64,000 nt of DNA, taken from contig CBDCDC010000002.1 in NCBI GenBank assembly GCA_965215195.1, forward strand, positions 480,001 through 544,000. Direction: 5' to 3'. The DNA comes from Candidatus Latescibacterota bacterium. GTDB lineage: Bacteria > Latescibacterota > UBA2968 > UBA8231. The translations under genes were made by a program, and so were the position numbers. Shown piece after piece: positions 18,742 to 27,748 of the stretch (positions are counted from its first letter, which is position 1; each line of letters starts with the position of its first letter). The notes beneath the pieces were generated by a model. The model worked only from the letters and a program-made list of their open reading frames with translations, was not told where the DNA came from and ran no database searches.

Positions 18742-19047
18742 TTATCTCGCCTCCAGACGGGGTTGCACTTCTCGCTCCAAGCGATCAGATAGTTCGTCTG
18801 CGGCTACGTCTAGCGCATAGTCCATTTGCAGACCCATCCAGAATTGGGGCGACATGCTGAAGTAGCGCGCCAGTCGCAGCGCGGTATCAGCCGTAATGCC
18901 TCGTTTTCCCAAGACGATTTCGTTGATGCGTCGAGGCGGTACGCCGATGGCGAGCGCGAGGCGGTTTTGGCTGAGCTTCATCGGCTTGAGGAATTCTTCC
19001 AACAAGACTTCTCCTGGGTGAACAGGAGCTAATTTCTGAGTACGCAT
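18742..19047 (-). CDS. higA: HigA family antitoxin
   Basis: PVHPGEVLLEEFL...RINEIV.GKR.IT.DTALRL..YF......W..LQ..Y. Confidence 0.95.
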   Translation of the reverse strand: MRTQKLAPVHPGEVLLEEFLKPMKLSQNRLALAIGVPPRRINEIVLGKRGITADTALRLARYFSMSPQFWMGLQMDYALDVAADELSDRLEREVQPRLEAR

Positions 19048-19057
19048 AGGTCTTTTC

Positions 19058-19339
19058 CTAGTGATAATCTACGATCTCAACGTCGTAGGCATCGCCATTT
19101 CGCCACGTGAAACAAATGCGCCACTGGTCATTGATTCGAATACTGTACTGGCCTGCCCGATCGCCACGGAGTTTTTCGAGGCGATTAGCCGGTGGCGCTC
19201 GGAGATCAGCTAGTGTAGTTGACCGATTGAGCATGCGGAGTTTGCGAACGGCGGTTTGTTGAATATCGCCGGGTAGCTTGCGGGATCGAATGCGTTGGAA
19301 TATCCGTTCGGTTTCTCGATCTCTAAAGGACCGTATCAT
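19058..19339 (-). CDS. higB: HigB (RelE/ParE family) toxin
   Basis: MIRSF....T..IF...DLR.PP.NRLEKL.GDR.GQYSIRINDQWRICF.W....A.DVEIVDYH. Confidence 0.95.
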   Translation of the reverse strand: MIRSFRDRETERIFQRIRSRKLPGDIQQTAVRKLRMLNRSTTLADLRAPPANRLEKLRGDRAGQYSIRINDQWRICFTWRNGDAYDVEIVDYH

Positions 19340-19346
19340 GTGTATA

Positions 19347-19375
19347 AGTATATAACGCTTAGCGTTAAACGACAA
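19347..19375 (-). promoter_or_regulatory. higBA sigma-70 promoter with palindromic operator in the spacer
   Basis: TTGTCG-N17-TATACT ending 7 nt before the ATG. The spacer holds the perfect inverted repeat TAACGCT-T-AGCGTTA (19353-19367). Confidence 0.7.
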
Positions 19376-19526
19376 CTATTTTACGGCACAAAGCCGGTTC
19401 GGTATCAGGGCACAGAGGCGGCCATTGCGCGTCGGTTCAATCGGTTGGATATTGAGCGAGTGATTGACCTGTTTTGCCGGCTAGAGTATTATTAAATCGT
19501 CGCTGTGGTAATACCTAAGAGGAGCA

Positions 19527-19766
19527 ATGAATACTATCTCGCTGAAGGTGCCCGATCCGCTTGCGGCCGAACTCGCTGAGATGGCGCAGCGGAGGGGCGT
19601 GAGCAAGTCGGCGCTGATTCGCGAGGCGCTGGAGGCGTACCTGCAAACGGACGGAGCTGAACCAGCCGGTTCGGCCCTGTCGCAGGTAGCCGATCTCAGG
19701 GGCATACTTTCCGGGCCTGAAGACCTGTCTGCGAACAAGGACTATCTGCGGAAATTCGGCCGTTGA
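19527..19766 (+). CDS. vapB: CopG/RHH antitoxin
   Basis: TISLKVP..L...L...A...GVSKS.LIREAL..YL; overlaps the PIN gene. Confidence 0.85.
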   Translation: MNTISLKVPDPLAAELAEMAQRRGVSKSALIREALEAYLQTDGAEPAGSALSQVADLRGILSGPEDLSANKDYLRKFGR

Positions 19767-20182
19767 TAAAGAAAGTCATTCTCGACACAGGGCCGCTGGT
19801 CGCGCTGCTGAATCGCCGCGACCAGCATCATCGCTGGGCCAAGGACCAGTGGGCGCACATAGCTCCGCCCCTGTTCACCTGCGAAGCGGTCTTGGCGGAA
19901 GCCTGCTTCCTCGTCCAACCATTCGCCGGAGGGCAGGCGGCCGTGCTCGAGTTGGTCCGGCGCGGCGTTGTTGACCTATCGTTTTGTCTGGTCGAAGAAA
20001 CAGTGGCTATTTCGCGGTTGCTAAAAAAATACCGAGACGTTCCCATGTCCCTAGCGGACGGCTGTATCGTCCGGATGTCCGAACGCCATGCTAAAGGGGT
20101 CGTCTTCACTTTGGACCGCGATTTTGCGATTTACCGAAAGAACGGGCGTCAACTTATTCCAACGTTGGCACCGGCCCCATGA
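19763..20182 (+). CDS. vapC: PIN-domain toxin
   Basis: ILDTGPLVA, TCEAVLAE, MSLADG and FTLDRDF motifs. Confidence 0.9.
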   Translation: MIKKVILDTGPLVALLNRRDQHHRWAKDQWAHIAPPLFTCEAVLAEACFLVQPFAGGQAAVLELVRRGVVDLSFCLVEETVAISRLLKKYRDVPMSLADGCIVRMSERHAKGVVFTLDRDFAIYRKNGRQLIPTLAPAP

Positions 20183-20269
20183 GCACCTTCTTCCGGGATG
20201 CGCCAAGAAAGGTTGGCGTAGCGAATTCAAATCGACGTTAACAACGCGTTTCTAAGAGGAGGGAACCGT

Positions 20270-21574
20270 ATGAGAATGCGGATGTGCGGGCTGGCGGCGG
20301 CCCTGCTGCTGGCGGTGCAAATGGGCCGCGCCGAAGATAAAAAGATCACCATCTGGTGGGCGCAATGGGATCCGGCCGCGGCCCTACAAGAGCTGGGGCA
20401 CGAGTTCGCCCAAGAGACCGGGATTGCCGTTGAGGTGTACCAGATTCCCTGGCCGGCCTATCAGGACCAAGTCTTTCTCAATTTCGGCAACAAGCAGACC
20501 GACTTCGACATCGTCGTGGGCGACAGCCAATGGATCGGCCGCGGCGCGACCAAGGGGCTGTATCTGGAGCTGACCGATTGGCTGCCCGAGGCCGTTGACG
20601 TGGGCGCTATTCATCCGCGGGCCGCGCGCTATTTGTGCGAATACCCGCCGGGCAGCGGCCGCTTTTTCGCCGCGCCCTGTCAGACGGATGCCATTGGCTT
20701 TGTCTATCGCCGCGACTGGTTTACCGACCCGGCCGAGCAGGAGGCGTTTGCCGCTCGCTACGGCCGGCCGCTCGCTGTGCCCGACACGTGGGAGGAATTC
20801 CGCGACGTGGCCGAATTTTTCCACCGCCCGCAGCAAAAGCGCTATGGCTGTTCCCTGCTGACGGGCCGGGGCTACGACTCCATCGTCATGGGCTTTCAGC
20901 CCTTTCTGTGGGCTTGGGGCGGTGCTTGGGGCGACCCGCAGACCTACAAGGTGCAGGGCCACCTCAACGCAGCCGGGGCCGTGGCCGGGCTGGAGTTTTT
21001 CAAGTCCCTGCTGCAATTTGCGCCCGCAGGCGGCACGAACGCCGATTACTTCTTCAATCTAGAGGCCTTTTCCAACGGCTCCACGACCATGGTCTTGGAC
21101 TACTTCCCGTTCTATCCGGGAATCGTCGCCAGCATGGGCGACCAGGTCGGCTTCTTCAAGGTGCCGCGCCACGGCGACCAGCGCGTCATCTCGCTGGGTG
21201 GGCAGGGCTTTAGCATTTCGACCAAGACCGCGCCGCAAAAGCAGGAATGGGCCAAGCAGTTTATCGCTTGGTTTTCCCAGACCGCCATTCAGAAGAAGTG
21301 GATATCCTATCCTGGCTCGTTCACGGCCAATACCAAGCTGCTGGCGAGCGCGGAATTTGCCGCGGCCGCGCCGTATAACGCCGCGTTTGCCGCGTCGCTG
21401 GATCACTTGCAGGACTTTTGGAACGTGCCGGTGTACAACGAGCTGTTGGCCGCGGCCGTGCGCCACTTGGGCGCGGCCCTCGACGGGACGAGCGCGAGTG
21501 CAGACGCCCTCAACGCGCTGGCCGCTGAGCACGAGATGATTCTGATGGAAGCGGGCTTGCTAGAAATGGAATAG
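20270..21574 (+). CDS. CUT1 sugar/polyol ABC transporter substrate-binding protein
   Basis: Signal peptide; WAQWDPA, YRRDWF and P.TWEEF.D.AEFF motifs; first gene of the ABC operon. Confidence 0.9.
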   Translation: MRMRMCGLAAALLLAVQMGRAEDKKITIWWAQWDPAAALQELGHEFAQETGIAVEVYQIPWPAYQDQVFLNFGNKQTDFDIVVGDSQWIGRGATKGLYLELTDWLPEAVDVGAIHPRAARYLCEYPPGSGRFFAAPCQTDAIGFVYRRDWFTDPAEQEAFAARYGRPLAVPDTWEEFRDVAEFFHRPQQKRYGCSLLTGRGYDSIVMGFQPFLWAWGGAWGDPQTYKVQGHLNAAGAVAGLEFFKSLLQFAPAGGTNADYFFNLEAFSNGSTTMVLDYFPFYPGIVASMGDQVGFFKVPRHGDQRVISLGGQGFSISTKTAPQKQEWAKQFIAWFSQTAIQKKWISYPGSFTANTKLLASAEFAAAAPYNAAFAASLDHLQDFWNVPVYNELLAAAVRHLGAALDGTSASADALNALAAEHEMILMEAGLLEME

Positions 21575-21581
21575 GGGCAGC

Positions 21582-22478
21582 GTGCGGGGTAGAACGGGCC
21601 GGTGCTGCGACTGGACGCAATATGCGTTTGTGGGGCCGGCCCTCATTTTGCTCATTGGCGTGAATGTCTTCCCACTGCTGTACAGCATCGCCCTCAGCTT
21701 CACCAATGTGGACTTGGTCGGCGGGACGTGGAAATTCGTGGGGGGATTTAACTATGCCGTGGCCTTCAAGTTTGCCCAATACGGGGCTGCGCTGCGGACG
21801 ACCGCGCTCTTTGTGGGCGCGGCCGTAGCCGTGGAACTGGTCTTGGGCTTTGCCTTGGCACTGGCGCTCAAAGATCGCTTCAGGGGCCGGGCGTTTGCCC
21901 TGACCGCGCTTTTGCTGCCGATGATGTTGCCGCCGGCCGTGATCGCGCTCTTTTGGAAGCTGGTGCTCAACGGGCACTACGGCATTCTCAACCAATGCCT
22001 CGGTGCGCTGGGGTTGGGCCAACCCCAGTGGATTACAGACCCGGACCTCAAGCTCCTGTCGATTTTGCTGGTCGACGTGTGGATGTGGACGCCGTTTATG
22101 ATGCTGATTGCGCTGGCCGCGCTCAACGCCATCCCCGGCTACCTGTACGAGGCCGCGGCCATTGATCGAGCCTCGCGGTGGAAGGTCTTCCGCCGGATTA
22201 CCCTGCCTTTGTGTGCGCCGCTGTTGGGGCTGGCCGTGCTGCTGCGGGCCACGGACGCGCTCAAGCAGTTCGATTTGGTCATGGCCATCACCGGCCCCAA
22301 CGACCCGGCCACGCAAACGGTGAGTGCGCTGCTCTATCAGGTGGTGTTCCGCGACGGCAAGGTGGGGCTGGGCGCGGCGTATTCGTACGTGGTGCTGGTG
22401 CTGGTGATCGCGCTGGCTAGTGTGTTTGTGCGCTACGTGAGCGCGGTGCAGCGGCGCGAGGAAGCCGGGGGGCGATGA
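21582..22478 (+). CDS. Sugar ABC transporter permease (MalF-like)
   Basis: DVW.WTPF, EAA loop YEAAAIDRAS.W..F..ITLP. Confidence 0.92.
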   Translation: MRGRTGRCCDWTQYAFVGPALILLIGVNVFPLLYSIALSFTNVDLVGGTWKFVGGFNYAVAFKFAQYGAALRTTALFVGAAVAVELVLGFALALALKDRFRGRAFALTALLLPMMLPPAVIALFWKLVLNGHYGILNQCLGALGLGQPQWITDPDLKLLSILLVDVWMWTPFMMLIALAALNAIPGYLYEAAAIDRASRWKVFRRITLPLCAPLLGLAVLLRATDALKQFDLVMAITGPNDPATQTVSALLYQVVFRDGKVGLGAAYSYVVLVLVIALASVFVRYVSAVQRREEAGGR

Positions 22479-23338
22479 AGGTGCTGCGCATCGCCTTGGT
22501 CGGGGGCTACTTCTGCGCGGCCATGCTGCCGCTTTTGTGGCTCTTGCTGACCTCGTTTAAGACGCGGGACGACAGCATTGCCGTGCATCCCAAGTTCGCG
22601 CCCACTTGGGCCGGTGAGGTCGCGGCCGACGGGGTCTACTTCCGCGCCAATCTCGATGGCTACCGCCAACTGGCCGCAGTGTACGCCGGCCGGGATCGCG
22701 CCTTTTTCCACTACTTGGGCAACAGCTTGGTCATTGGCCTGCTCAGCACCTTGTGCTCGGTGCTGATCGGCACCTGCGCGGCCTATGGCTTTAGCCGCTT
22801 TGCCATCCCCGGGGGGCGCGACTGGCTGTTCTTCATCCTCTCGACGCGCTTTTTGCCGCCCCTCGCCGTGGTGGTGCCGGTGTTGATGATGTATCGCGAA
22901 TTCGATCTCCAGAACAGCCACTTGGGTTTGGTGCTGCTGTACACGGCGTTCAACATGTCGCTGGCCGTGTGGCTGATGAAGGGCTTTATCGACGAAATCC
23001 CCACGGCGTACGAAGAGGCCGCGCTGGTGGCTGGCTATACCCGCTTCCAAGCCTTCCGCTTGGTCGTGCTGCCGCGGGCCGTGCCCGGGATGGCGGTAAC
23101 GGCGGTGTTCTGCCTGATCTCGGCGTGGAACGAGTACGGGTTTGCCATGACGCTCAACAATCAACAGGCCGTTACGGTGCCGGTGTATTTCGCTGGTTTG
23201 CAGGGCAATGTGTCGGGCTTGCCGTGGGCGCAGATCAGCGCGGGGATGCTCGTTTTTGTCGCGCCGATCATCGCGTTCACGGTGTTGGTGCGCAAGCATT
23301 TGCTGCGCGGCGTTACTTTTGGGACCATCAAGCGATGA
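22475..23338 (+). CDS. Sugar ABC transporter permease (MalG-like)
   Basis: EEAALVAG EAA loop, AWNEY motif; ATGA overlap with the upstream gene. Confidence 0.92.
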   Translation: MKVLRIALVGGYFCAAMLPLLWLLLTSFKTRDDSIAVHPKFAPTWAGEVAADGVYFRANLDGYRQLAAVYAGRDRAFFHYLGNSLVIGLLSTLCSVLIGTCAAYGFSRFAIPGGRDWLFFILSTRFLPPLAVVVPVLMMYREFDLQNSHLGLVLLYTAFNMSLAVWLMKGFIDEIPTAYEEAALVAGYTRFQAFRLVVLPRAVPGMAVTAVFCLISAWNEYGFAMTLNNQQAVTVPVYFAGLQGNVSGLPWAQISAGMLVFVAPIIAFTVLVRKHLLRGVTFGTIKR

Positions 23339-23499
23339 TCCGGTGGTTGGATCGCTGTGCGCTTGTGGGCATGGTCGCCGGGGTGGGGTTGATGTTGCAG
23401 CCGTTTTGGGGCCAAGGGCTGCGCTATGGATTCTTTGCCACCGCGCTGTGTACCATCCTGCACATTGTCACTTCGCATTGGCAGTTCGAAAAGCCATGA
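23335..23499 (+). CDS. 54-aa two-TM membrane protein within the ABC operon
   Basis: MIRWLDRCALVGMVAGVGLMLQPFW...HIVTSHW; ATGA overlaps at both ends (23335-23338 and 23496-23499). Confidence 0.75.
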   Translation: MIRWLDRCALVGMVAGVGLMLQPFWGQGLRYGFFATALCTILHIVTSHWQFEKP

Positions 23500-24656
23500 G
23501 CTTTCTCGTCTGTGAGGGCTTGACCAAGACCTATGCCGACGGCACTTGCGCCGTCCGCGGCATTGATTTGCGCTGCGACGCGGGCGAGTTCGCCGTGCTG
23601 TTGGGGCCTTCTGGGTGCGGCAAGACGACGACGCTGCGGATGGTCGCCGGCCTCGAAAAGCCGACGGCCGGGCAGATTGTGCTGGCCGGCGCGGACATCA
23701 CCAGTTGCTCGCCGGCCGAGCGGGACGTGGGGTTCGCGTTTCAGTTTTACGCGCTCTATCCGCACCTGAAGGTCGAGGACAATATCGGCTTTCCGCTGGA
23801 GAGCATGGGGTTGAGTCGTCGGGAACGCCGGCAGCGGGTGACCGACATTGTCGAGCGGTTGGGGCTGGGGGCGTTGGTCGGGCGCTATCCTCGGCAGCTA
23901 GCGGGGGGCGATCAGCAGCGGGTGGCCTTGGCGCGAGCTATGGTGCGGCGGCCCCAGCTCTACCTGATGGACGAGCCTTTGGGTACGCTTGACGCGGACT
24001 TGCGGCGGGAGATGCGAGAGATGATCCGCGCCCAACAGCTCGACACTCGGATCGCTACCTTGTATGTGACCCACGATCAAGAGGAGGCCATGACCTTGGC
24101 CGATCAAGTGGTGGTCATGGACGAGGGCCGGATTCGCCAGAGCGGGGCCGCGGCCTTGGTGTACGACCAGCCGGCCGATTTGTTTGTGGCGCGCTTTATC
24201 GGCAGTCCCAGCATGAACTTCATCAGCGGGGAAGTCCGCGAGGGCTGCTTTTCCGCGCCCGGGTTGGTCTGGCCGCTGGCCGAGCGGGTGCGCCCGGGAC
24301 CGGCGACGCTGGGGGTGCGGCCGGAGTTCGTGCGGCCGGCCGCCACAGCCCGGCTGCGGGCCGAGGTGGTGCGCGACGAATACCAAGGCGCGTGCCGCCA
24401 CATCCACTTGCAGGCCGAGTGCGGTCGGCTGGTCATGCGGGTGGCCGCTCGGGAGCGGTTGACCGTGGGTGCGGCCTTGGGCTTGGACTTTGCCCGGGTG
24501 CTGTTGTTCGACCCGACGAGCGGCAAGCGGATCTCAGACCCAACCGCCGCAAAACCCGTCGCCGACGAGGTGCCCTTCTGCGCGTTTGAGGGACTGCCCG
24601 CGCCGGTCAATGCCGCCGCGCCCGCTTCTCGGCCCATGGCCAGGCGCAGCCGATAG
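23496..24656 (+). CDS. Sugar ABC transporter ATP-binding protein 1
   Basis: GPSGCGKTT, degenerate signature LAGGDQQR, MDEPL, YVTHDQEEAM. Confidence 0.9.
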   Translation: MSFLVCEGLTKTYADGTCAVRGIDLRCDAGEFAVLLGPSGCGKTTTLRMVAGLEKPTAGQIVLAGADITSCSPAERDVGFAFQFYALYPHLKVEDNIGFPLESMGLSRRERRQRVTDIVERLGLGALVGRYPRQLAGGDQQRVALARAMVRRPQLYLMDEPLGTLDADLRREMREMIRAQQLDTRIATLYVTHDQEEAMTLADQVVVMDEGRIRQSGAAALVYDQPADLFVARFIGSPSMNFISGEVREGCFSAPGLVWPLAERVRPGPATLGVRPEFVRPAATARLRAEVVRDEYQGACRHIHLQAECGRLVMRVAARERLTVGAALGLDFARVLLFDPTSGKRISDPTAAKPVADEVPFCAFEGLPAPVNAAAPASRPMARRSR

Positions 24657-24781
24657 CTTGCGCTTGGCCCGATTCTTTTTCAGCATACGCTTTCTCATCG
24701 GAGTCAAATCCCACGCCGCCGCGTTAGTAAGCGACTTCTTGCGCACGGTCGATATTTCCAACGAAGCGAACGCATGCTAAG

Positions 24782-25810
24782 ATGTCTTGGTTGCAGCTAA
24801 AAGGGGTGGCGCGGCGCTTTGGCAAGGCCGAGGTCCTGTGTGGCATCGACCTGTCGCTGGGGGCCGACGAGATGCTGGTGGTGCTGGGGCCGACCGGCGC
24901 GGGCAAGACCACGCTGCTGCGGATCGTCGCCGGGTTGGATGCGCCCGACGCCGGCCGGGTCGAGATGGGCGGCGAGGAGGTGACGCAGTGGCCGCCAGCC
25001 GACCGCGACATTGCGTTTGTCTTTCAGCACTTCGCCCTGTATCCCGACTGGAGTGTGCGGCGCAACTTGGAATTTCCGCTCAAGGCGCCGCGCTGGCGGA
25101 TGGCGAGCGAGAAGCGCGACCGGCGCGTCGGCTGGGCGGCCGAGTTGCTGAGGATTCAGGGGCTGCTCGACCGGCCGGCCGCTCGCCTGTCGGGCGGGGA
25201 GATGCAGCGGGTGGCCATTGGGCAGGCGATTGTGCGGCGGCCGCGGCTGTTTCTGTTTGACGAGCCCCTGACCAATTTGGACGCCAAGCTGCGGGAGGCC
25301 CTCCGCGTGGAGCTGGCCCTGCTGCGGCAGGAGTTGGGCATTCCGGCGATCTACGTGACTCACGACCAGGCCGAGGCCCTGTCCATGGGCGATTCCATGG
25401 CCGTGCTGGCCGAGGGGCGGATTTTGCAGCAGGGCCGCCCGGAGGCCATTTATCGCCGGCCGGTCTCGCCCGTAGTGGCGCGCCAACTGGGGCAACCCGC
25501 GATCAACATCCTCAGGGTGCAGCGGCGCGGGGATGCGTGGGTGAGCGAGACGGGGGAGCGGGTGATGGCGGCAAGGGAAGGGGCTGGCGAGATGTTCTTG
25601 GGGGTGCGGCCGGAGGATGTGGCCGTGCGTGGCGGGGAGGTGCCCGGAAGGGTGCGGTTGGTGGAGGATGCTGGAGCGGTGTTGGTGTTGGTGGTAGAGT
25701 GGGCCGCGGCGTCCATTCACATCATCGCGTCTAAGGAGCGGCGGTTTGCCCCGGGAGAGACCGTGTATCCGCAGATCGACGCGGAGCGGGCGCTGCTGTG
25801 GCCGCGCTAA
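24782..25810 (+). CDS. Sugar ABC transporter ATP-binding protein 2
   Basis: GPTGAGKTT, LSGGEMQR, FDEPL, YVTHDQ. Confidence 0.92.
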   Translation: MSWLQLKGVARRFGKAEVLCGIDLSLGADEMLVVLGPTGAGKTTLLRIVAGLDAPDAGRVEMGGEEVTQWPPADRDIAFVFQHFALYPDWSVRRNLEFPLKAPRWRMASEKRDRRVGWAAELLRIQGLLDRPAARLSGGEMQRVAIGQAIVRRPRLFLFDEPLTNLDAKLREALRVELALLRQELGIPAIYVTHDQAEALSMGDSMAVLAEGRILQQGRPEAIYRRPVSPVVARQLGQPAINILRVQRRGDAWVSETGERVMAAREGAGEMFLGVRPEDVAVRGGEVPGRVRLVEDAGAVLVLVVEWAAASIHIIASKERRFAPGETVYPQIDAERALLWPR

Positions 25811-25825
25811 CAGGAGGGTATATAC

Positions 25826-27724
25826 TTGCGAAATTTGTCGATGTGGAGCGCACTGGGCATTGCGGCGATTGTAGCTTGTGGACAGCAGGAGCCGACCGCC
25901 AAAGAGGAGGCATTGCCGCTGGCTCAGGTGGGCGCAGAGTTGATTACAGATCGGGATATACACTACCTGATCGACCATGTGGCCGAGTGGGCCAAGAGCG
26001 AGCAAGAGGGCGGCGCTAAGGTCCGCGAGTACTTGCGGTCGCTGATCGATCGGGCCCTCATTCTCCGCGAAGCGCGCGCCGGCAAATTGGACCGGAGTCC
26101 GGCGTTTGTCAGGGAGGTGGCGACGGCCCTGCGGCGGCGGCTGATACGAGAGATTGAGCAGCGCGCTGTCGAGGACCAGGTCTCCATTGCCGAGGAGGAA
26201 ATGCAGCGCGTCTTTGCCGATCAGCACTGGGAGCGCTGGATCAAAATAGCCCATATCGTCGTACCCACCCAAGCGCGCGCCGAAGAGGCCATGGCGGCCC
26301 TGCGAAGCGGTACTCCCTTTGAGGAAGTAGCCCGCGAATTTTCGACCCATTCGCGCACGGCCTCGCTCGGGGGCGTGAAACCCCAGTACTACAGCCGCTT
26401 CCACGCCGTTCCACTGGTGCGCGATGTACTCTTTAGTCTCAAAGTAGGGGAAATATCAGAGCCCATAGCCGTCCCTCAGGGCTATGAAATTTTCAAGGTC
26501 TTGGACGAATTGCAGGGGTCTTACGAGCAAACGAGGGAATTTCTCTTTAAGACGCTGGCCCAGGAGCGGTTGGACGCCCGCAGAAAGGCGTATGCGGATT
26601 CGCTGGCCGCGCAGTTCCAATTGACTCCAGAGCCGCACGGCCTAGGCCTGCTGATGGAAATTTTGCGCAGCGGTCGGGAGGATCCGGCGACCGGCAAAAA
26701 GACGTTCCAGATTCCGGAAGGGGCCGCCGAGACGCCCCTCTTCAGGTACGAGGGCGGCCAGATCGGGCTCGGGGAAGCCATATTGCAATCCCCGGTCATT
26801 CGCCAGGGCCGAGACGTATCCGACAGTGCGAGAGTGGCCCATTTTCTGCAACGCGACGTAGTAGTGCCCCAGCTCATGTGGATGGAGGCGGATAAATTGG
26901 AGCTCGACCGCGAACTCGAAGAATGGGTCAAGCGCAAGGAAGAAGAAGTACTGATTGTGACCATGCGCCAAATAGCCACTACTACCGACGAGGAGATAAG
27001 CGAACAAGAGGTACTCGATTATTACGAAAAGACCAAGGATCAGTACCGGACCGCCTCGGAGGTGAGCGTGGTGGAGATCCAGCTCGCTAGCGAGGCCGAG
27101 GCCGAGGCCCTGCTCGCCGAGATTCGCGCCCTCTTCGGCCGGGCTTCCCCTTTGATCGACCTGCTCGATAGGATGAAACAAAAGCAGCAGGCCGGGCGGG
27201 ATATGACTGAGGAAGTGCAGGCGCTGCGGGCGCTGGACGAATGGCTCGGCCAGCGGTTGGACGAACCGGGCGGGATGGAGGCGATCTTGGAGGAAATAGC
27301 CACGGCTGCGAGCGCCAAAGAATTGGCCGAAGAGTACATCATGCGCCAACAGGCCGCTAGCCGCAGCCTGCGTCCGGGCGCTAGTGAAACAGAGGGGCAC
27401 TACCATCTCTACTGGTACGAAACGGCGCGCTTTGGGGCTTTGGTCGCAGCGGCCTTTGAGGGTCCGATCGGTTCGCTGATCGGTCCCATGCAGGTGGGGC
27501 CTTCCCACTCGATCGCCAAAATTCTCAGTCGCAGAGAATCAAAAGCGCGTCCCTTTGCAGAACGCGAACGGAAGATAAGAGCCGATATCCGCAAGGAGCG
27601 AGAGCGAGAATTGTTCGGGCGCTGGTTGCGGGATCTGCGCACCTCGTACGCAGATGAGGTGCGCTATTTCGACGAGAACATCGAAAAGTTGGGTCGGGAA
27701 TGGGTCGCGGAAGGACGCGGCTAA
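25826..27724 (+). CDS. Parvulin-type peptidyl-prolyl isomerase lipoprotein (PrsA/SurA-like, two PpiC domains)
   Basis: TTG start after AGGAGG; lipobox IVAC; HIVV....AEE....L.SG..FEEVAREFS...GG; L.VGEISEPI....GY. Confidence 0.8.
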   Translation: MRNLSMWSALGIAAIVACGQQEPTAKEEALPLAQVGAELITDRDIHYLIDHVAEWAKSEQEGGAKVREYLRSLIDRALILREARAGKLDRSPAFVREVATALRRRLIREIEQRAVEDQVSIAEEEMQRVFADQHWERWIKIAHIVVPTQARAEEAMAALRSGTPFEEVAREFSTHSRTASLGGVKPQYYSRFHAVPLVRDVLFSLKVGEISEPIAVPQGYEIFKVLDELQGSYEQTREFLFKTLAQERLDARRKAYADSLAAQFQLTPEPHGLGLLMEILRSGREDPATGKKTFQIPEGAAETPLFRYEGGQIGLGEAILQSPVIRQGRDVSDSARVAHFLQRDVVVPQLMWMEADKLELDRELEEWVKRKEEEVLIVTMRQIATTTDEEISEQEVLDYYEKTKDQYRTASEVSVVEIQLASEAEAEALLAEIRALFGRASPLIDLLDRMKQKQQAGRDMTEEVQALRALDEWLGQRLDEPGGMEAILEEIATAASAKELAEEYIMRQQAASRSLRPGASETEGHYHLYWYETARFGALVAAAFEGPIGSLIGPMQVGPSHSIAKILSRRESKARPFAERERKIRADIRKERERELFGRWLRDLRTSYADEVRYFDENIEKLGREWVAEGRG

Positions 27725-27748
27725 CTCGACGGCCTTTAAGCGTCAAAA

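Noticed and set aside
24534-24761. Minus-strand basic 75-aa ORF
   Set aside because: Antisense within the ABC operon, TTG start without a clear RBS, no recognisable family.
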